Assembly (NCBI GenBank): GCA_964035575.1
Contig: OZ037841.1
Coordinates: 310,001-374,000, forward strand
Reading direction: 5' to 3'
DNA length: 64,000 nucleotides
From: Rhynchopus sp. YZ270_cl-10
Taxonomy: Eukaryota
How positions within the stretch are numbered: the stretch's first letter is position 1; every line of letters starts with the position of its first letter. The position numbers and the translations under genes are program-made. The notes under the pieces are model-generated. The model saw only the letters and a list, made by a program, of their open reading frames with translations, had not been told where the DNA came from and ran no database searches. Below, piece by piece: positions 58,789 to 64,000 of this stretch.

Positions 58789-60329
58789 GGGATAAGGACA
58801 GTCTGGCCCACTACGTTTGACTTTTGGACAGTATGGGCCCAACATGTTTCGATAAAGACAGTTCAGACCCAAACGTTTGTAAAAAAGACAGTTCAGACCC
58901 AAAACGTTTGCAAAAAAGACAGTTCAGACCCAAAACGTTTGTAAAAAAGACAGTTCAGACCCAAAACGTTTGCAAAAAAGACAGTTCAGACCCAGGCAGC
59001 GGTAGGGAGGGTTTGCGGGTTTCTGGTGGGAGGGGTGTTCGCGGGGGTACCCCCCGCTGAATCTGGCACTGGGGTGCCCAAGCACCCAGATACGCAGGTA
59101 CACACGTACACGTACCCTAATTGCCAGAGTCGACGCAACAAAAAAGTCCAAAAGACTTTGTTGGTGGCCTTACTCATTTGGATCACAACAATTTTGGCCC
59201 AGGCATGCTCTTGAAGTATGACAATTTAGTGTGTATGGGGCAGGGTGTTGTTTTGTTCTGAATTCTCTTTGTTATAATATCTATCTAGCATCAAAATTGT
59301 GGAAAACTTTGCACCCCAAACACCCTCAACAACGCCCGCCAAAAGGCGCCCCTTGTTTCTGGGAGTTGGTTCTCATGTTTGATACACTACACAGCAGACA
59401 TTCCTCTGAGTCCAACGCTTGTGCGGCGTTGTACTTAAGGTGCACGAAGACAGGGTCTGGTGGTAAATTTTGCGTACTGCGACGTGGTACTGCGTGGGTC
59501 TGGGAATATGGGTACCTGGGTACAGGATATTTGTTGTCAAAGACATCTTCCACCATGTATTGAGGAGGGTAAGACAGTGTTCGCAGTTTGTACTTGATAG
59601 CATTACAACATTTAACTTCTCCACGGGGGTCTTGGGCCGTTCAGTCGGTTCTACCTTGACTAGCGGAAGAGGCCTTTTTGGTCTCTAGAATATCCGGTAT
59701 TCCCGAACGGAGGCACACTTTGTGTGTTACTACGACCTGGCAACTTCCAGCAGTAGGTTAAGTAATCTTTCTTGTAAATTGTTGGATCATTATCTCCTCA
59801 GTGCATGAATGCCCCACGTGACTGGACACTTTTGTGTTTGTCATGTGGAGCTGTGGTTGCTCTTTCACGACTTTTTTTCTTGTACACCAGTGTACCGTGT
59901 ACCTGGGTACCTAGGCACCTGGTCGCCTGGGTACGTACCGGTAAATGTGACCAAATACCTGGTCATCTGACCAGGTTTTCCTGGTCATGACCAGGTGGTC
60001 TGACCAGGTTTTCCTGGTCAAATGACCAGGTATCTGGTCAGACCTCTGACCAGCGCACGGTGATAGCCGTGCCCAAGACCCACCCAGGGGTGGCATTTTT
60101 GGGCTCAGGTGGGTGCAGCTGCCTGGGTCTGAACTGTCTTTTTTACAAACGTTTTGGGTCTGAACTGTCTTTTTTGCAAACGTTTTGGGTCTGAACTGTC
60201 TTTTTTACAAACGTTTTGGGTCTGAACTGTCTTTTTTACAAACGTTTGGGGCTGAACTGTCTTTATCGAAACATGTTGGGCCCATACTGTCCAAAAGTCA
60301 AACGTAGTGGGCCAGACTGTCCTTATCCC
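58789..60329. mobile_element. Non-autonomous Mutator-like (MULE/foldback) element, 1541 bp, 212-bp TIRs, 9-bp TSD
   Basis: TIRs 58789-59000 and 60118-60329 are near-identical and contain about four 30-31-bp tandem units (AAAAAAGACAGTTCAGACCCAAAACGTTTGY); GTTTTATAA at 58780-58788 and 60330-60338. No intact transposase inside. Confidence 0.92.
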
Positions 60330-60903
60330 GTTTTATAAAGAAAAACTGACCGGGTTATCCCGAAAAAACAGACAAAACAGACCATGGTTTTGCGTCAACT
60401 TGATCACGTAAGATTTTTTTAAAAAAAGGAAACTGACAAAATAGACTTTGCTCAGGTGATTGCAAAAGTACCATACATTAATATGAAGAGTAAGATGGCG
60501 TAGGCCATCCTCAATGAAACAAGAACAGTGCTTCTTGAGATGATTCCTGGGGGGGAGTGGAAATGCAGTAAGTGGAACCACCATGATACCCACAGCAGTC
60601 TTTTACTGAATGCAGTAGGGGGGAGGTGAGTACTCGGGTGGGTCTCGCGAAAATGTGAGGGGGGTGGAAGGGGGGAAAAAAGCTAAAAAAAAAAAAGAAA
60701 AACAAAAAAAGGTATAAAATAGACCTGAGCCTTTCATTGCTCAGTCACTTTACACGTATAGCCGCAGATCTCATGTACACACCCATATAGGCAGTGTTGC
60801 GCTCTTAGGAACCACCCACACCTTTTCTACACACAGGGAGAGGATGTGCCGTGGGCAACGTAAAAACCCCTCGTTGGGATTGCAGAGTCACTGGAAAAAG
60901 AAG

Positions 60904-61001
60904 GTGACTTGAAATACAACAGCCCGCTCGTGACAGTGTACCTTTGGTACAATGACCGGGTGTACCGGGGTGGATCCCCCCCAACCATGCAGTCCTACAT
61001 C
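60904..61001 (-). repeat. Dispersed short repeat family B (38-100 bp), longest copy
   Basis: Plus-strand core GTTGRCTTGAAATACAAAGCCCTCTCGTGACAGTGTACC. Copies near 13800, 25096, 30752, 32369, 47622, 48018, 48221, 52559, 60904, 63001, 63949; all in one orientation, with variable right-hand extension. Confidence 0.85.
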
Positions 61002-63486
61002 TGAAAGAAAAAAAATAAGATGAACCTTAAGCCTCACTATGCTTACCTTTTTTCATCACAAATCGTGATCGCGCAGCATCAGCTGATTGTGTGCGAAAAA
61101 AAAAACCCCCCAAAAAAATGCCAAAAAAAATTTTTTTTTAAAATGCTGAAAGATGTACTTCAAGGGTAGAGTAAAGACCTTAGGCATGTCTAACACAATG
61201 TTCTAATAACCCATACGTCAAGCGCCACATGCATTAGTTCATTTGCATATCTCCGCGTAGTGCGGAGTCTGCATCACAGAACAGGGCCACTCGGATAAGC
61301 ATGCACAGACATCGTGCTGTACATTTTATGTACCTACCTTTATTAAAAAGGTTTGGTCAAAAACAAAAAATGCAAATGTAACAAAACGCACCCGACTCGG
61401 GTCAACCAATTTTTCCCCCCTCCCGGATTGAATAAATTTGAGGTTTCAATGTTGTGGATGTGTAACAAAAAATCTCCCCACACCCCCATGGATATGGTGT
61501 CTTTGTATGTTACGCTGAGGGTTTATTGAAAAGGCACAGAAAAGCTTAGAAATGAATTCTGCCTCGCATGAACTTCAGTTTAAAAAGGGAGAAGTATTTT
61601 TTATGCAGGCACCATCCGACTGACTGTACAATGCCAGCCATCTGGATGAAAGCACAAAAATAAAATGCGCGGAAACTAAAGGGAGAATTTTTTTTTTTGT
61701 AGTTTCGACAATCCCCCTGTCCGAGGACGGGTTCTGTACAACAAAGTCGCCCGAAGGCTAATGAAAAAAAAAAAATTTTTTTTTTTTGTAAAGATGGTAG
61801 TGAGACTCTCTCGTGTTGAGATGCTTAAAACGGGTTGTCGGAGTTGCTTGGATGAGGGGAAAGGGGAGAGGGGAGAGGGGAAGAGGTACTACACTGCTCT
61901 GAGGCGGGCCACCCATTTAGAAAAAAATGGGGGGTTAGTGGCGGGGGTTAAAGCATTGTGCGCGCACAGCATACGTACATCGAATGAAGCGAAGCAGCTC
62001 ATTCACGTGGGCACAGTATTTCTTTTTGTTTTTGGCTTAGACAATCTCCAAGAAGGCATTGCTATTTTTTTTTTTTTTTGTACTTTTTTTAAAAACCCAT
62101 ACAATCGTAGAGGATTATGAGCAATGTTTTTGCGTTCAAAAAGATTCCTTTTTTTTTCCTCTGAAAACTTGGTTGTATTAGTGTAGCCACCCTAGAGTGT
62201 GCTCCACTATACTTTTTGTTTGATAAACCTAAACCTTCCCGTGTTGTAAGTCACCTTGAAAAGGAAAGTGGAGATTGCACAACTGTGGCAACACAACCGA
62301 GGCAACTACACTACTCCAATTTATCGGGAGGAAAAAAAATATTTTCGACACAGAGATATTTCCCATTATGCACCAGGTACAGCCCAGTACGATAAAAAAT
62401 GGGTGTTGCTACAGTATTGAAGGCGCTGTGGGTTTTCTGAGTTAATTTGAGAGGGTTTGGGAGAATTTTTCCCCCTTTTTTTGCTTCGAAAGCGACTGAA
62501 ATCGGAGCAAAAAAAAAGAAGAAAATCCTTTTAAAGAAGGGATATATGCCTCACACGATGCACAAACATACACAACACACTCTGGGCAGTGTTCTTCCAC
62601 TCTAGGGACCTACCTGCAACCTGCTCTCAAACGCATATTTTCACCCATCTAAAATCGCTCCCGCTGCAAAAGGACTAACCCAGGGGAGTAAAAAAATCGG
62701 CAAGGTCTTGCCGCCATACTTCAACAGAATTCACATGATGAGACACGTATGGGATACACAATCTTTCAGGGGTTGTTGAGGAGTGAGAAAAGGGAGGGGA
62801 AGCACGGTGAAGGGGTGGGTAAACCTTTGTTCGGATGAATATGCAGACATCTAAACCACTATCGTTAATTACTGTTATTTTGTGTACTTCCCTATCAGAG
62901 AAAAAAGGGGTTTTGAAAGATAAATCCTCAAGTACACATCTAAAAGAAAAGTTTATAAGATGACCCTAAAGCCTCTTGTTGCTTAGTCACCTAAAAAGAA
63001 GTTGACTTGAAATACAACAGCCCGCTTGTGACAGTGTACGTTGGTATGAGCTGTGTACCGGGGGTGGACCTCAACCATGCAGTCCTACATCCTATTGTGG
63101 TTTACTAAAAAGGCACGATAAAGTGAAAACGTTGCAAACGCCTCGTCAGACATTTGTCTGGGGAGGGTTTTTGAAATAAACACCAAACTGGGTAAAGATC
63201 TGTTATGAAATATCGGCCTCAAGCCTGTGTACTGCAGAAGGTACAGACGTAGGTCGTCCTCCACCCGAGCAGCTTTTAAAATTTCACAAAAAAAATTCAC
63301 TTTTCTTCTTCAGACGTATCCACAAAAAAAAATACAAAAATCGAGCATTTCATTTCTCGGGTTGGATAAAACAAAAGAGGTGGGGGTTGGGGAAAGTATT
63401 GGTTCTCTTCTTCTTTGAACACTTGGTTGTATTAGTGTAGACACCCGAGGATGAACTCCACTGTACAATTTTTTTTGGTTTTGTTA

Positions 63487-63580
63487 CACGGGTTGCCTAC
63501 GATTGTCTACAATCATACTAGGATCAACACAAGAGGGTACAATCGCAGTTGATCGTACCACGATCGTAGGTAACCCTGTG
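63487..63580. mobile_element. 94-bp miniature inverted-repeat element
   Basis: CACGGGTTGCCTACGATTGT ... ACGATCGTAGGTAACCCTGTG imperfect TIRs, with TTGTTA on both flanks (63481-63486, 63581-63586). Confidence 0.55.
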
Positions 63581-64000
63581 TTGTTAAGAGATAGTTTAAC
63601 TGGAATAACTTTTTGTCATTTTTTTTTTTTTTTGTATTTTGGTTTCTCACACAAGGGGCTGGGAAGAGGCGCAGAATTGCACTGAAAACGATGCTCTTTT
63701 TTTTTGTTGTATCGACAATCACTGTACACCTACTGGTATAAAGATCTGCACTCAATGTCGGCCATGGAAGCCTTTGTACGACGGGAAAATTTTTTTCTTT
63801 TTGTTGATGCCATCTCTTTCGAGACAACACCAGAGGAATTCTCGCACTCTGAGAAAGCTAAAAAAATTACTTTTGAACAGTTGTAGTAAAGTTGAAAACT
63901 GCCAACACCCTCCTGTGGAGGTAGGCCACCACAACAACAAAAAACAATAAATACAAAGCCCTCTCGTGACAGTGTAAAGGATGGACCAACAAAATTGAAG

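Noticed and set aside
58855..58993. 31-bp repeats as a possible CRISPR array
   Set aside because: Head-to-tail tandem units with no unique spacers, mirrored in the other TIR; eukaryotic context with no cas genes.

Overview
Eukaryotic (protist-type) genomic DNA with GC-rich exons and AT/homopolymer-rich intergenic DNA. I can support 11 protein-coding genes, all on the minus strand: ALDH3-type aldehyde dehydrogenase (3 exons), LSD1-type zinc-finger protein (4 exons), polyQ protein, METTL21-like methyltransferase, two large hypothetical proteins, HRD1-type RING-H2 E3 ligase (4 exons), a small type-I membrane protein, an intronless 4060-aa single-chain fungal-type fatty acid synthase with two tandem ACPs and a fused PPT, a CNBD-family K+ channel, and a coiled-coil/Tudor-like protein (2 exons). 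A one-strand gene cluster with short GT-AG introns suggests a euglenozoan (diplonemid-like) genome; this is inference only. Intergenic DNA holds about nine non-autonomous TIR elements with visible or probable target-site duplications and several degenerate transposase or protease relics. The most unusual signal is roughly 55-60 copies of at least nine families of 35-100-bp dispersed repeats, all but one co-oriented. The four main families form hairpins that fold better on the gene (minus) strand; family A shows compensatory stem changes, A and B share a loop, and A, B and D share a boundary sequence. All coordinates, splice models and repeat counts were read by eye and need computational confirmation.
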